DNA of 64,000 bases from Chrysomallon squamiferum (taxonomy: Eukaryota; Animalia; Mollusca). The stretch covers positions 32,550,001-32,614,000 of the forward strand of contig CM022670.1 of NCBI GenBank assembly GCA_012295275.1, in the 5' to 3' direction. Below are positions 15,161 to 28,800 of this stretch, in pieces; within the stretch, counting starts at the first letter, position 1; every line of letters starts with the position of its first letter. A model generated the notes under the pieces. That model had not been told where the DNA came from, ran no database searches, and saw nothing but the letters and a program-made list of their open reading frames with translations. The position numbers were made by a program, and so were the translations under genes.

Positions 15161-17509
15161 TTACTTCTCCCATGATGTTTGTTTGTTTAAAGTAAAGCAG
15201 AATTTGTTTTTTATTTACTCAGGAGCTGATAAATGAGCCAAAAGGTCAGACAAACAGGTTTCGATACCATCTCTTCTAGTCAAAGCGTTCTGGCCCTACC
15301 ACTTTTAAAAACAACTTCCATAAACAAACAACAAATACTGGCCTTCATACAAAAAACCACTGATTACTACCAAAGCCATTAAATCTGTGTTGTTTTTGTC
15401 CCTCTGCATAACTCAGGTCATCACCTAAAATTAATCTGGGTGGTCATGGTTGTTACATTATGATGCATCATTGTTGTCAATCACTTTTAAAGATGAAAGG
15501 TGAAATGTAGAGTTCATAGAACTGGTGTGGTCTAATGTATGGAACATTGTTTCTGAGACAGCCGATGTTGAAATTATTACAAAATTAAAAGTAATATTCA
15601 CAAAGTTGTTCAAGGGAACAGTTAAATGTGACTGATATGTGTTAGATCAAACTGGTACTGACAGATCTTTTAAACATCCATAACTATATGGTCAAACATG
15701 TTTTTCTTCAGGGTTGAAATGCTGGGTTTGGGGTTTATTGTTTTTTAAAACAGTTAATTAATGTTTACCTTTGTTGCTTTACTCACTATATAGGAATAGT
15801 TAATTTTTTATATTTCTATTTTTACTAGAAACAGTATTAGTCACAACTATTTGAAAATTATTGGTCATTTTTTTTCCAGCACCACCAAATTTGTTTTTTT
15901 CTTTTTATCTCTCTTGTTTTCATTGTCTAGCTTGATGAGCAACAATTTGTTCACACTGTAAACAATAACTACATCATTTGGCCAATGAAGAACCCAATAA
16001 TGTTAGTATGTCACTTGGAAACAATCAACATGTCGGAAATGAGACAACAGTGATAATTAAACCTTAGTTCACTGTTCTATTGCAAAGACCTGATCTCTAT
16101 AACCAGTTGATATCTTCTCTTTCACTGAGTCAGAGGATTGGTTTAAAATCTTCACCAAAGCCTCAGCAATCTTCACCTGATTACAGTGCTGTGGAATGAG
16201 ATTTAAGAAGTCCTATGATTGATTGTTCAGGATGATGGAAACAAAGAGGCCGATTAATCTTTTTTGAGACAAAATTACAGCTTAATGGTATAATTTAAAA
16301 TGGTAGTGTGTACTTGTGTTGTACCAAGATTTGTTACCTTTAGTGACTTTTAAATTACATTACATTACATTACATTTTAATTTAATTTAATTTAATTTAA
16401 TTTAATTTATTTCACTTTATTTTATTTTACTTTACTTGGTAGAAATATTAAATTAAAATAGTTTGGGTTTTTTTTTTTGTTTTTTTTCTCTTTAGAATCA
16501 ACTTCACATCAACATGAATTAATATTTTAAAATAAATTTTATTATCTTTAAAAATATAAATTATAAAACCAAAATTAATAATCACATTATATATTTTTAA
16601 TTTATTTTTACATTGCTTTAGTTTACTCTCAAGTACTCATGCTACAAAATTAGATATTAAAAAAAAAAAAAAAAAAAAAAAAACATTTGATTTTAACTAT
16701 CTAAATAAAACAAGAACCTTTGGATATTTTCATTATTTGAATTTTAATAGCTATATAAATTAACATTGTGATAAATTTTAAGAGTATTGATGATCTTTTT
16801 TCTAGAAGATTTCTCTCCCTTTAATTTCTAAGTTTATTTTGTTTCATAAAACAGAGAGCACTAAAGATCATTTCAAAATGATGTAATTTCACAAAGTTAT
16901 TTCTGTACAAAACTAGAATAATCTAGAATGATGTAACTTCTCACAAAAGTCTGTGTGTGTGTGTGTGTGTGTAAAATCCATTTGTGAAGGTACATGTTTT
17001 AATATTAACTTTTCAAAGAATTTACTATTTTAAAACTGAAAATTTCTTATATTTCCACTGTTTTTAAAAATGTATGTTTCTGATGACTTAAAAGTTATTC
17101 AGAATTTACACATTTTACTGGAATTCTTAACACTTTTGTTACTTTTTCTTAAAGAAAGTAAAAAAATAAAACATTTCAGAAATTATACATTTTTTAAATA
17201 GAAATTCACATAACAATTTAATGTCATAAAAAAGTATCTTGACAAATTAAAATGTATTTAATGTTTTTCTTTCATGCATTCTTGAAAACGTTTTATTATT
17301 TTACAGTAAATAAAACTTGAATTCAGAATCATGAAACATTAAGCTGTTGTACTTTTTATAGGAACCTGAACTATATTTTTATATATTCTTGAAAGCAAAT
17401 TATATAATCAAATTTATTTTATATATATATTAAAAATAAATTTATGATTCCAAAATTAATAAATTGTTTCCTGAGAACAAATATTCTTTAAATTAATGGT
17501 AAAATTCTT

Positions 17510-17523
17510 GTAACCATAGCAAC
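17510..17523. promoter_or_regulatory. RFX X-box
   Basis: GTAACCATAGCAAC matches GTNRCC-N2-RGYAAC exactly. Confidence 0.4.
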
Positions 17524-19888
17524 CTCTTGGTATAAGCGTTAATCTCTCCCAAAAGGTCTTTTATGATTTGGATCAATACTTCAAAGATGTGATAGAGCAT
17601 GGAGATATTTTCACTGAAGATATATATCAATATATATTAGTCCGTCTTTGCCCTACACTCTCATGTTATTAGTAAACCAGAGAAAAAAGCCATATAACTA
17701 AAGGGAAGTAAATCTGTTCAAACTATATGGGGCCCACTTGCAGCAATAAGCCATTTGAAGTTTTTCCTTATTTCAGTTGTCAGAATCTCTCTCTCTCTCT
17801 CAGACACTTTTTCACTATCTCATTCTCTTTCTTTCTCCCTTTTTTATTGGGTTTTCCTTCTTTTCTTTTTTTGCTCTCTTTCATTCTCTGTTTTTTTTTT
17901 TGGACTCTAATTTCTTCTACGTCTTCTTTTTCTATCTGTATATAGGCCTGTTATCTACACCTATCTATTTGTGTTTTTGTTGATGGGTTGAAATGTATCA
18001 TCTATAGCATGACAGGACTGTGGGTCAATTATCTTTGCTGTATTTCTTTGGCAGTTTACCATTCAAGCCAGTTCATCCTTTTTGACTGATTTATCAAAAG
18101 GAATGAAATATGCTTTGCTTTCCATGGGAAGGTCCATAAAAACAAATCCTATATTTCTTAAAGATAAAAATAATGAAATTGGTAACCAGAGGGTTACCAT
18201 TCTAATATAATTGTACAAAAAGAAGAAAATCAGTGTAAGCTTTGTATTAATAACTGTTAGCATGTATGAGAAGTCTACAACTTAAAATTAGTTTATCATT
18301 CTTACTTTCTGTCATTCTGTTTCTCTGTTTTCTTTAATTTTTCAGTACCTTTTTCATTCAATTTTTCAATTTTTAATTCTTATTTTCTCTAATTTTTCTT
18401 TCTTCTCAGCTCTAGTGGATATTTTCAAACTGTTAGCATCAAGTCTGTTAGAGAGGTCTTCTTCTCACACCTAATTATAGGAGGAGGAAAAAAAATAATT
18501 ACCTGTCTGTCTTCAATATGTTGTTTTCACCCTGAGGAATGCCAGACTCAGAGGTCAGCCATGTTTTGCAAGAAGCTGGCCTTTTTTTGTGTTTTTACTA
18601 CCAAGTTGTCTGTGTGTACTCTCATCCTACGACTTGTGGCCAAACACAGAGAAATGCAGGCAGGCATGTGTTTATGAATCAGGCATTCCAAGATTACAAG
18701 TGTTCACTATGACTTTGTTTTGTTTTTATTTCAGTGCTTCAGATTATCTCAGAACTTAAATAATCATAGGAACTGGTATTTAATTATATCATATTAATAG
18801 AAGTTGTGGTTTTCTTGTTTAAGAGAAAAAAAATGATTCTTATGTGGTTGTGGCAAGTAAATAGAATTGTTGGAATAGGTTTTGAGAAAGTTATTTTATT
18901 TATGTATTTACTTATTTTTATTTATTTATTTATTTTATTTCATTTTATTTTTATTTGTTTTTGTTAGTTATTTATCTTGTTTCCCCAGTAAAGTGCTGTT
19001 ACATATATAATTTATGAAAATTGAAATCAGTAAGGAAATAAAATTTATAAACAGATCTTTTCACACATATAAATATACACAAACACATCAACATAAATAT
19101 ATTGATGTACATATATCTGTTTATAAATATATATATGCATAGAGACATATAACTCAGACATACATATAGACAAACATATGTACAGAGACATAAATGCACA
19201 CATACACACACATATACTGACAGTCTGTCATACAATAACTCATAATGTATTAAAATGACTCTGAACTTTGAATTGATAACAAAATTCTTAAATACTTTTC
19301 ACATGTCAATAGCAAATTAATTAACACTCAAGTACTGGATAGGCCTTTAAAAACAAAATAAAAAAACAGTTTAGATCATACAGTGACAAATGTTGATAAG
19401 ATCCATCAGTGCCTGAGTCATTTAACCCATGTCAGTGACTGTTAACTGTTAAACAGATTTATATTATTTAAAACAAAAATTATATTCTTTAATAATGTCA
19501 ATATTGGCTATATCAAAGATAATGTTCTGTGGGATTGACCATGTGCTAGCTTTAAGACCTTTGTGTATTTTCCTCAGTTTTTATTATGTGATACAGGCTA
19601 CACATTTCCTTCAGTTTTTGTTTTAATCTGTTATGTTCATAGTATAATAAAAACCAGACAAAATTCAGTGCATTTCCTCTGTTTATTGGCCATGTCACCA
19701 GATTTGAGAATGGTTTATGTATCTGTGTTTTTATGGCCACCTTTCTCCTCCCACTCAGCTGAGGCAAGGGAAAGATGTAAGAATCTGGCAGATTATTAGA
19801 TTAGATTTGTTACTATTAGTTCCCAATAAAGTCTTCAACACCTGTATGTTGTAAGGTATCACACACTGCCTGTGGTAGAACAGTATAT

Positions 19889-19990
19889 CATTAGAGAAAT
19901 ACCAGCTTTTTCACATTAGAGAAATAACAGATTTTTCATATTAGAGAAATAACAGATGTTTCATATTAGAGAAATAACAGATTTTTCACA
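19889..19990. repeat. 25-bp tandem repeat x4
   Basis: ATTAGAGAAATAACAGATTTTTCA(C/T). Confidence 0.93.
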
Positions 19991-22009
19991 CTTGTGTTCT
20001 TGATGAGTTCAAGTGATGTAAAGAAAAAAAAAAATTCAAGATTTTTCATAGTCTGAATCAGATTTATGTTAGGTTTAATTTTCAGTTAAAGATTTATTGA
20101 GCTAGGTGCAATTTTTTTATATATATATATGCCTATTATATATTATATGTGAAAGCAGGTAAACAGTTTATTTTCAAATTTCAACAAATGTCATATACTT
20201 TTGTTTTATTAAAAACCTTCTATGCTTTAAACAGTCATATAAAATAATAAGTTATCTCCATATTATCTTTCTTTTTTCTAACCTTCCTTCTGCTTTATCT
20301 GTGTCTAGTCCTCTGTTTTTCCATCAAACTCCTCTTTTTCCTTTCCATCCCTCTCTCATTATCAGGGATTATAATGTATTATTTTACCACTGAGACTTAT
20401 TTTTTTAGTTCTGTCAACTCTAAATTAGATCTTATGCATGATTGGTAATAGAATCAATCTTCCTTAGAAAACTCACAGTTTATTTCCCATTATGGTCCAT
20501 ACTGCATGAATGATTTCTCTAATGTAATCATATGTGCTTTCTTCTCCAACAAAATATCTGTATAAAACATTTTGTATAGTCTTTATAAAGACTGTGAAGG
20601 ATTTTTCCTCTCATCTTACACACATAAAATTAAAAAAATATATAATATAAAAAATCACATCCAAACATAAGTCACAATTAACATAAAAATATGCTGAGGT
20701 CTTATTAAATATCCATTCATTCATTCATTCTAGGAAATTTTTTGTCTTGAAATAAAAAGAAAATTAAAGATTATGACTACAATAGCAGCTTTATGAAAAC
20801 AACTGATAATAAACATTTAAGGTAAAAGATGTGAAAATAACTCTGCCTTTCAGAGTTTATTTCAGTTTTTAACTATATGTTGTTGTTTCAAAGATTATTA
20901 AAAAATTGACCAGATTTTGTTTTCCTCAGAAGAAAGGAGGTGTGTTATTTATCCAGTTTCAAAGGGTGTATATGAAATTATGCAATTAAATTTGCTAATC
21001 TTGTTTTGATGTCATGTTTTATCATTAATAAAATTCATAATTTGATTAATATTAGGCTTGGTTTGAACTTAGAAGAAAAAGTTGAAATCGTTCTTGACTT
21101 ACAAAAATATAATATCTGAGCAATGCTGGGCTTGGCTTATCTTGTGGAATCAAAGGGAAGATTGTATGTTAGAGACATTATCAGCTCTTTATGACCAGAG
21201 ACGTAGGATTCACACACCTTGCTTTGGCTCATTTTCATGAACAATCCTTCATAGCTTGTCTGTAATGATAATTTAAATCACATAAAAGCACCGTTTTCTC
21301 CAACAAGCATTTATAGTTGAGTTCTGATATACAGTTTCCAGAACACTATAAAAAAAACTTTTTAAGAGATATTAATATATTCAGTGTAAATCTTTTTTTC
21401 ATAATTACTATCTCAGATGGTAAATCTATATGTCATATCTAGTGCTTAAAATTCCTTCTAAAACTACTTACTTTTACCATAATAAATAATTATCTTTTTT
21501 AATTATATAAATACAGTTCATAACATTTTTTTTTTTTAACTCTTAACAGATTTGATTAATCTGTTCTATACAAACTAAAGAATTTTGAAAAAAAATTAAA
21601 AATTTCGATCACAGATTCATGATCAGCTCAAGAATTATACAGTAAACACCTTGGCAGATCAGTGAAATATGAAACAGTTGGTGATAAAAATCAGGTCTTG
21701 CATGCTAAAAAGGAATATATTTCTCTTACCAGCATGCTGAAACGTGGGCTGCAGCAGGCACTGGGAAACATTTATCTCCAATGTGAGGGCTTTGGCTTAA
21801 GTCTGCTAAGAGTTGATTCTCAATCTCACCTATGTAGTAATCTAGTGGTGTCTGTCAGGAAAAAAGGTCACCGTTCGAATTAGTAAATCAACTGATAACA
21901 AGCAAATACAAGGTGCATGTGAAAACCTTCTGTGACTTCAGGTGATAACCTGTGTTAATTTGAGAGCTTTTTAGTGTCTGTGTATATTTTATTTTGGTAT
22001 TTTATCAAG

Positions 22010-22245
22010 ATGGAACAGTTTTCTACTGTAAAAGAACAGTTATTTGTTCAGACTTGTAGTGAGGGGTTGAAGCTTTCTGAAGGAACAATGATTGCGAAAC
22101 GTTCTTTGTCGAACTCGTTGATGGAGATTTGCAGTGACACTAAAGTAATGTTGGAGCGTAGTGCTGCTCAGGTGGTACCCCATCATCCACGATATCCATC
22201 AATCTTTCAAAGACGATGTGTAAGGCTGGATGTAGGAAAACTCAG
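22010..22245 (+). CDS. PDE4: Isoform-specific first coding exon of a PDE4 long form (78 aa unique N-terminus)
   Basis: ATG in strong context (aagATGg). Open for 78 codons + 2 nt (MEQFSTVKEQLFVQTCSEGLKLSEGTMIAKRSLSNSLMEICSDTKVMLERSAAQVVPHHPRYPSIFQRRCVRLDVGKL). Ends at CAG|GTAAAA in phase 2, so AG+T = Ser and the frame continues into FDVENG. CpG-rich, with an abrupt switch to poly-A/T sequence after the donor. Confidence 0.75.
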
Positions 22246-22541
22246 GTAAAAGTAACACTAAGAATTTTTTAAAAAAAATTTTTTTTTTACCTTATACAAT
22301 AATATAAAAATGTGTTTTAAAATAAAAATTAAATTTTTTTTTTAATGTAACATTTAAATTATTTTTTTTACATTAAATTTTTTTATTTAATATTTGACAT
22401 TTCTGATTCTGTGAATCATTATGGGGGATGATTTTGTTTAATAATTTATTTAGGTTATTATTATTTTAAAAAGATAAATGGAAATGTATTCTTGAGATTT
22501 TATGTGTGTGTGCATTAAGAATACACTCACACACTCATTCA

Positions 22542-22589
<48 letters not shown>

Positions 22590-23249
22590 GCAATAAAATA
22601 AAAAAATTATTATAAATGAAAAGCCATGAAAGAATTTAAAGAATACCAACATAAAAAAATAAAAATTATAAAACATTTAGAAAGTCATTGTGAAACAATC
22701 TGAATTCACTTTCGACATTACCAATTCTTATCATGATTGTTCAGAAAGATTAAGGTCAGTTGTTAGTACAGGTACTGCCTTGACTTTTACTATTACAACA
22801 TCAATGATGTGATGTAATATGAAGTAAATAAGCTTATTAAGAACTACAGGTGTACTCTGTAATTTCCTCACTCTATTCTCAGCATCTGTTTACTCTCTTG
22901 CTGACTGGTTTCTCAGGATGTTGACTTGTAACTCTATCCCCCACTTCCTACATGTTGTTACCAACTCTGCCCATCTTCAGTTTTTTATTATTATAATTAT
23001 TAACTAATTGCTAACATTAAAACAGCTCAGAACATATGTATTCTAAGAAAAAAAGGCAACTTTAAAATGTGTGAAAAGAAATAAAAATAAGCATGCATGT
23101 GAGGCCCACACATGCTGTTTACATTTGTATTATGAAGGAAAGATGAATGTTTTAATATTATGGTTTCTAAGGATTTTATAAAGTTAAAGACCATATTATA
23201 TGTGTTTGCTCATATAGAAATATATGAACATATATACCTACTTATATTC

Positions 23250-23366
23250 AAATATACATACATGTATTCATGTATTCATGTATACATATATACATACATA
23301 CATACACATACATGCACACTTATATACATACATATACGCATATATACATACATATAATACATGCAT

Positions 23367-23413
<47 letters not shown>

Positions 23414-23472
23414 CATACATACATACATACATATACATACATGCATACATATATACACACATATATACATAC
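23250..23472. repeat. Compound (TA)n/(TACA)n microsatellite
   Basis: Direct inspection. Confidence 0.95.
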
Positions 23473-24669
23473 CATATAGTTATACCATGTACAACATACA
23501 CATGCACATCGTTTTTACATTTTATTATTAAAAATATGTAATTCAAAATTTTCTTCTTCTTCTTCTTCTTATTATTATTATTAGGATTGTTATTATATTA
23601 TTATTATTTATGTTATTAAGTTTAATATTAGTTGTTTTCAGATTATAAATTCTATAACATTAATTATAAAAATAAAATGAAATACTGGTCATCAGGGATT
23701 CAGTAAAGATAAGCCAGAGAATAAAATATTTTATTATTTTTACCTCTTTTCCAGTGCATTTGTGTCTGTAAAAATCAGACATAACATTTATTTCAAAATA
23801 TTTCACTAATGATATTTATTGGTATGAATAGCAGATAAGAGATAGTGTTTTTATCTGCTTTCAAATATTGAAATTCTTTTTTTTTTTTAAATAGTTTGAG
23901 TGTCTTTTATACATTTTATTTTATTTTTAAAAAAAATACAAATTATTTTATTTATTTATATTTCTAATTTTTTTGTTATTTTTTTATTTATATTTTCTAT
24001 ATTATTTTGTTTTATTTTATTTATTTATTTTATTTTTTTTTTTTATATTTTTTTTTTTTTTTTTATTATTCGATTTTATTTCTTTATAAAATAATTTATA
24101 TATGATTTAAGTTATTGTTGTATTGCCCAGAGATTCCACTTTCCAATCAGAATATTTGTATTTAAGAAATAAAATATATAACACTGTTCACTTTCTTGAC
24201 AGAATTTATAAAAAACAAAAAACAAACAACATGTGCTGCTTTTATTGTTTGCTTGCTAACATGGTTTCCTGTGAGGACAGGACCTTCACTTTATTTACCT
24301 ATTCATTACATTATGTCACAGAGAGCATGCAGGAAGGGTGTGTGTGTTAAACAACACCTACACACAACATGCAGTCTTTCTGTAAATACTTGTCAGCAGA
24401 TGTGTTTGTCTGACCACTGTTATTGACTAACACAATACTTCTGGGATTTGCTCTTGAAAATTATCTACAGCTTTTGTTGCCATAAAATATATAATTTTCT
24501 TTCTTTCCTGTCTTTTTTTTTTTTAATTAATAATGATATTAATTAAGAAGAGAAAGATACTGGTTTGCTATGACAGTCATGTTGATAATGATAATATTAA
24601 TAATGGATAAAAATCCCTTTTCTGTTTAATCTCATCTTAATGTTCTTGTTGTACGTAAACTAGATTAGA

Positions 24670-24726
24670 CATTCTATTTCCTGTTCCAAACTGTGCTCAA
24701 CAACTAATGCATAAGGTATATGCTAC
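24670..24726 (+). mobile_element. SINE fragment
   Basis: CTATTTCCTGTTCCAAACTGTGCTCAACAACT...GGTATATGCTA, similar to the 53251 and 9451 copies. Confidence 0.45.
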
Positions 24727-25135
24727 ATAACTTCAGTGAAAACAAATAATTTATTGTGTTCATTTATAATATATTACTTTGCATGGTGCATTTGTAATTA
24801 CAAAAAAAATATATATATATATATAAAAATTACAAAAAACCCTAATAATAATGGTAACAATGATGATGATAATGTTCATACTGATGATGACAACTGGCTC
24901 TTTAAAACAAAAACATGATAAAAAGTTGTTAAAAAATGAAATAGTCTTTTATTTAGTTTTGTTTTATATTACTATTAGAAACAGCTTAATGACTGTTTAC
25001 TCTTATAAAACTACTTTCTCTGTAGCTAATGAATATCAATTAACAGGAGCTGTATTACAATATGTCTCTGTCTGATTAATATTTTTCTATACATATATTA
25101 GATATCTTTCATGTGCTTGTTTGGTAATGTAAATA

Positions 25136-25191
25136 CATACTCACACACACATACACACACACACACATTATACATACATACATACAAACAT

Positions 25192-25238
<47 letters not shown>

Positions 25239-25339
25239 TACATACATACATACATACATACATACATACATACATACATACATACATACATACATACATA
25301 CATACATACATACATACATACATACATACAAGCATACAT

Positions 25340-25388
<49 letters not shown>

Positions 25389-25402
25389 TGCACATGCACA
25401 CA
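25136..25402. repeat. Compound (CA)n/(TACA)n microsatellite
   Basis: Direct inspection. Confidence 0.97.
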
Positions 25403-25512
25403 TATATGTATATATGTATATTTAATAGAGTGGTATATTACATAATATTTTTTATTTACAAATTGCCAACTGATTTGTTCCTTTATTTCATGGAACTGTT
25501 GAGTTTACTTGA

Positions 25513-25703
25513 TGACTCACTGTAGTGACCTCACATTGGCAGGTATATACAGATGTTATAGATTGGATTTGCATGTACGTCATCAGCATTCCCACTGCCG
25601 TGATTCTATTACCACTCGCCTCTCTCTTCGGGGATACTTTGACAATCGTTCAATTGGGACCTTTTGTGTGTGTTGTTTTTACCGCACACATCCACTGACG
25701 TCA
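25513..25703. promoter_or_regulatory. CpG-retaining motif cluster: AP-1, CCAAT, octamer, half-CRE, full CRE
   Basis: TGACTCA 25513-25519; GATTGG 25561-25566; ATTTGCAT 25567-25574; TACGTCA 25576-25582; TGACGTCA 25696-25703; several CpGs in a CpG-poor background. Confidence 0.55.
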
Positions 25704-26360
25704 TGTTCCAATGACACAGTTAAATGATCCTAAACCTCCTTTGCCCTCTGTAGCTGCATGCATTGAAAACCAATCCATCCAGCACAATAAAGTTGTTGAT
25801 TTGTATAGTTGTTCCAATGGGCCAAGCAATTCCAGCTTAGACATGTAATAATAAAGTAGTAATCCAGTTAGTTTTGAGCTGAATACTTCCAATGTTCTGT
25901 GGTCACACAAACACAAGCAGTTCAGACCATGTGTGAAAACAACCAATGTTATGGGCAACCATTCTTTACTTCAGAGAGCATTCTCTAAACATTTTATTAA
26001 CAGCATTTATTCATCATTCTATGGATAAACTTTATTACAATTAACCAGCATACAAAAGTGGACAGTTTTTTGTTTGTTTTGTTTGTTTTTCTGTTATTAC
26101 AATGGCTCCCGATATGCTGCATAAAGTGTGTACAAAGCCAGCACATTCAAAACTGGATACATGTAAATGAATTTGTATGTAAAAACATGTGTTCTGATTT
26201 AGCCATGTGACACATGTATTTACAAGTAAATTGTTTTTTCTTTGAAAATCTGTTGTGTATTCCCAGGTATAAGGATATAATACGTGATAACTTGGGAGAA
26301 ATTTAAAGAAATATTTGTTTACTTGTTGTTATTATTATTTTTAATTGCTATTGATACTGA

Positions 26361-26515
26361 GTTCATGTTGAACAGTCAACCCTGGATTACAGCTTTGTGT
26401 CTCTACTTGAATCTGGAATATTTACATTTGTGCGAATATTTCTCTGGAAATATATTACATCATCTAACAAACTGGATCAACTCTCAGATCTAATACCAGA
26501 CAGGTTTCAAAGGCG
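26361..26515 (+). CDS. Candidate PDE4 upstream exon (open frame ending ...LSDLIPDRFQR|R-FDVENG)
   Basis: 51 stop-free codons ending at a strong donor GCG|GTAAGC in phase 2. Possible acceptor gaacag| at 26375. No in-frame ATG. Confidence 0.3.
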
Positions 26516-27929
26516 GTAAGCCATTTTGTAAATAATTAATTTATTTTATTCTTCTTTATTCAACATTAATTCATAAAATATTATTATTTCTTTTATTTTA
26601 AATCTACTCCTATTAGTGTTAAAATGAATAGGGAAGTCTTCCAACAACTCTAGCATTCTGCTATTGGAAGCAGAATTACAATTATGTTTCAGGGATATAA
26701 CATCACTGCATTACATTCAATTATAACTGGGTCCAACTTAGGGATAGAAAGATCTATATATGTATGCAGAAATCAGAGAAATTCTTTCTGATGGTTAACA
26801 AACATGACTGTAAATGCTGTCCTGTTAGGAGGCATTTAAATGCTCAGCTTACTATAAACTATTATCAAATTACCTCACTCAATCAAATTAGTGTAAATTT
26901 TGTTAAAATTAAAAGTATTGGGTGAGATCTAAAATATCATAACCATGTTGGGAAACCATCATGATGGTGGATATAACATTAAAAATTGAATGATTTTAAA
27001 TATACAAAGAAATGTCAGTTTGAACATAATTACCAATGAGAGTAAAATGTTTGCCTTATTTATAGCTACTCTAGAATTAATCCCAACCAAATTAGTGCCA
27101 TATTATTGATATTTCAAAGTCTGTGGTAAGCAAAAAATTGCAATTTTTTAATTCAAACATGAAATTTTTGATAACATAAGAATTTATCACCATTCACCAA
27201 AAAATTGGTTCTGTGTTACCAAGTGATTAACATGCTTTTTCTCATTTATTCGGTATTATAGTAATGTTTGAGTGTATATTAGACAAAACTATTTACTAGT
27301 TTTCTAATCTCAGTGGGATTTAATTTAAATTTTAATTGTTTATTTAACTACATGATTTATTTACATAAAATACACTGTTTGTATGTTATATATATTTAAA
27401 ATGCTGTAGATTTTAAAATTAATAAATATTCAAAGTTTACTAAAATATTGTAATTCTTAATTATTATAACTACCACTACTACCAATATTACTATCATCAT
27501 CATCGTTATCATTGTCATATTACTCAAATTAAATAAATTCACGAGAAAGCACACTAGGAAGTATTACTGTCAGCGTTGTTATTTACATTACAAAATGTAC
27601 ACTCCATTCAAACAATGAACATCATAAATATTCATGACTCTTTCAACACCACTTTCAAAGTGCAGCAACACTTTTAAGTGTGGTGATTGTGGTATGATTC
27701 AGACCAAGTATTTGGATGACTTCTATGAATCCTTTTAAAACTAAGGGCATACAGTACAGGTCATGCAGTAAGTTCTTGTACAGTTGACACAACAAACTAA
27801 TAATTAAATCCCACAATATAAAAAAAAAAAAGTTTCCATGTCAAGAGTATTATGATAATCTATAGTAAAAGTGATTTTGTTATTATAAATTGAAATCTTT
27901 TTAAAGAGAAAAGTGAAGTTACTAAATAT

Positions 27930-28600
27930 AGCATAAGTATGCATTCAAGTACCATATAATAAAATATTTTTATTGGGATAAGTTGAATTGTTTGATTTCA
28001 GAGAACTCATTAAAGATAGTTTAAATATGCATTTAATTTTTTTTTAAATATGCCAGTTTTTGGGGGGAATAAGCTGAAATGTTTAATTCCTGAGAAATAA
28101 TTAGAGAGAGTAAATATGCATTTAAGGATAATAAAAATGTGTTATATTTGGGGGGAATAAGCTGAAATGTTTGATTTTAGGTAAACATGCAGTCAAGTGT
28201 CATATAATAAAATATGTTTATTGGGATAAGCTGAAATACTTGATTTCAGAGAAGTCATTAAAGAGAGTAAAAATATGTTTTTAAGTATAATAAAAATATG
28301 TTATTATCTGAGGAATAAGCTGAAATGTTTGATTTCAGAGCTACATTAAAGACTGTATAAATATGATGTCATGTACTGTATAATAAAATATATTTATTAT
28401 ATAAGCTGAAATGTTTTTTCAGTGAGGTCCATAAAGATTATAACTGAGTATAATAAAAAGATGTTGGTTTTTTGGAGGACATAAACTGAAATGTTTGATT
28501 TTTGATATTTAAAGATAGCATAAATGTACAAGTATAATAAAAGATGTTTATTGGGATGAGCTGAAATGTTTTATTTCAGAAAAGTCAGTAAAGATTATAT
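27930..28600. repeat. Degenerate tandem repeat, ~70-90 bp unit
   Basis: About 8 copies of (G)ATAAGCTGAAATGTTTGATTTCAG preceded by TATAATAAAA.ATGTT. Confidence 0.88.
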
Positions 28601-28644
28601 AAATCCATCATAGATTTAAATGTTTTTTAATGATTTGTTTAAAA

Positions 28645-28800
28645 TTTCAGTGCACTAAACATATTTTGATTGTTCTTTGCCATGTCAAGAAATATCAGTG
28701 CAAACCTATTTTGACTATCTTGTGTCTTGTTAAGAAATCTCAGTGCACTAAACATGTTTTACTTGCCTCGTGCCCTGTTAAAACTGTATGAGCACTTAAT
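28645..28800. repeat. Degenerate ~46-bp tandem repeat
   Basis: CAGTGCACTAAACAT.TTTT...GTTAAGAAAT repeated 3-4 times. Confidence 0.75.

Noticed and set aside
17405-17450. AT-rich imperfect palindrome
   Set aside because: Low complexity around (TA)n; expected by chance at this base composition.
23160-25425. Many overlapping ORFs rich in YI/HT/CV/MYV
   Set aside because: Translations of (TA)n, (CA)n and (TACA)n microsatellites.
25512-25542. ATG ORF MTHCSDLTLA ending at CAG|GTATAT
   Set aside because: Phase 1, incompatible with the phase-2 UCR1 exon; better explained as part of the motif cluster.
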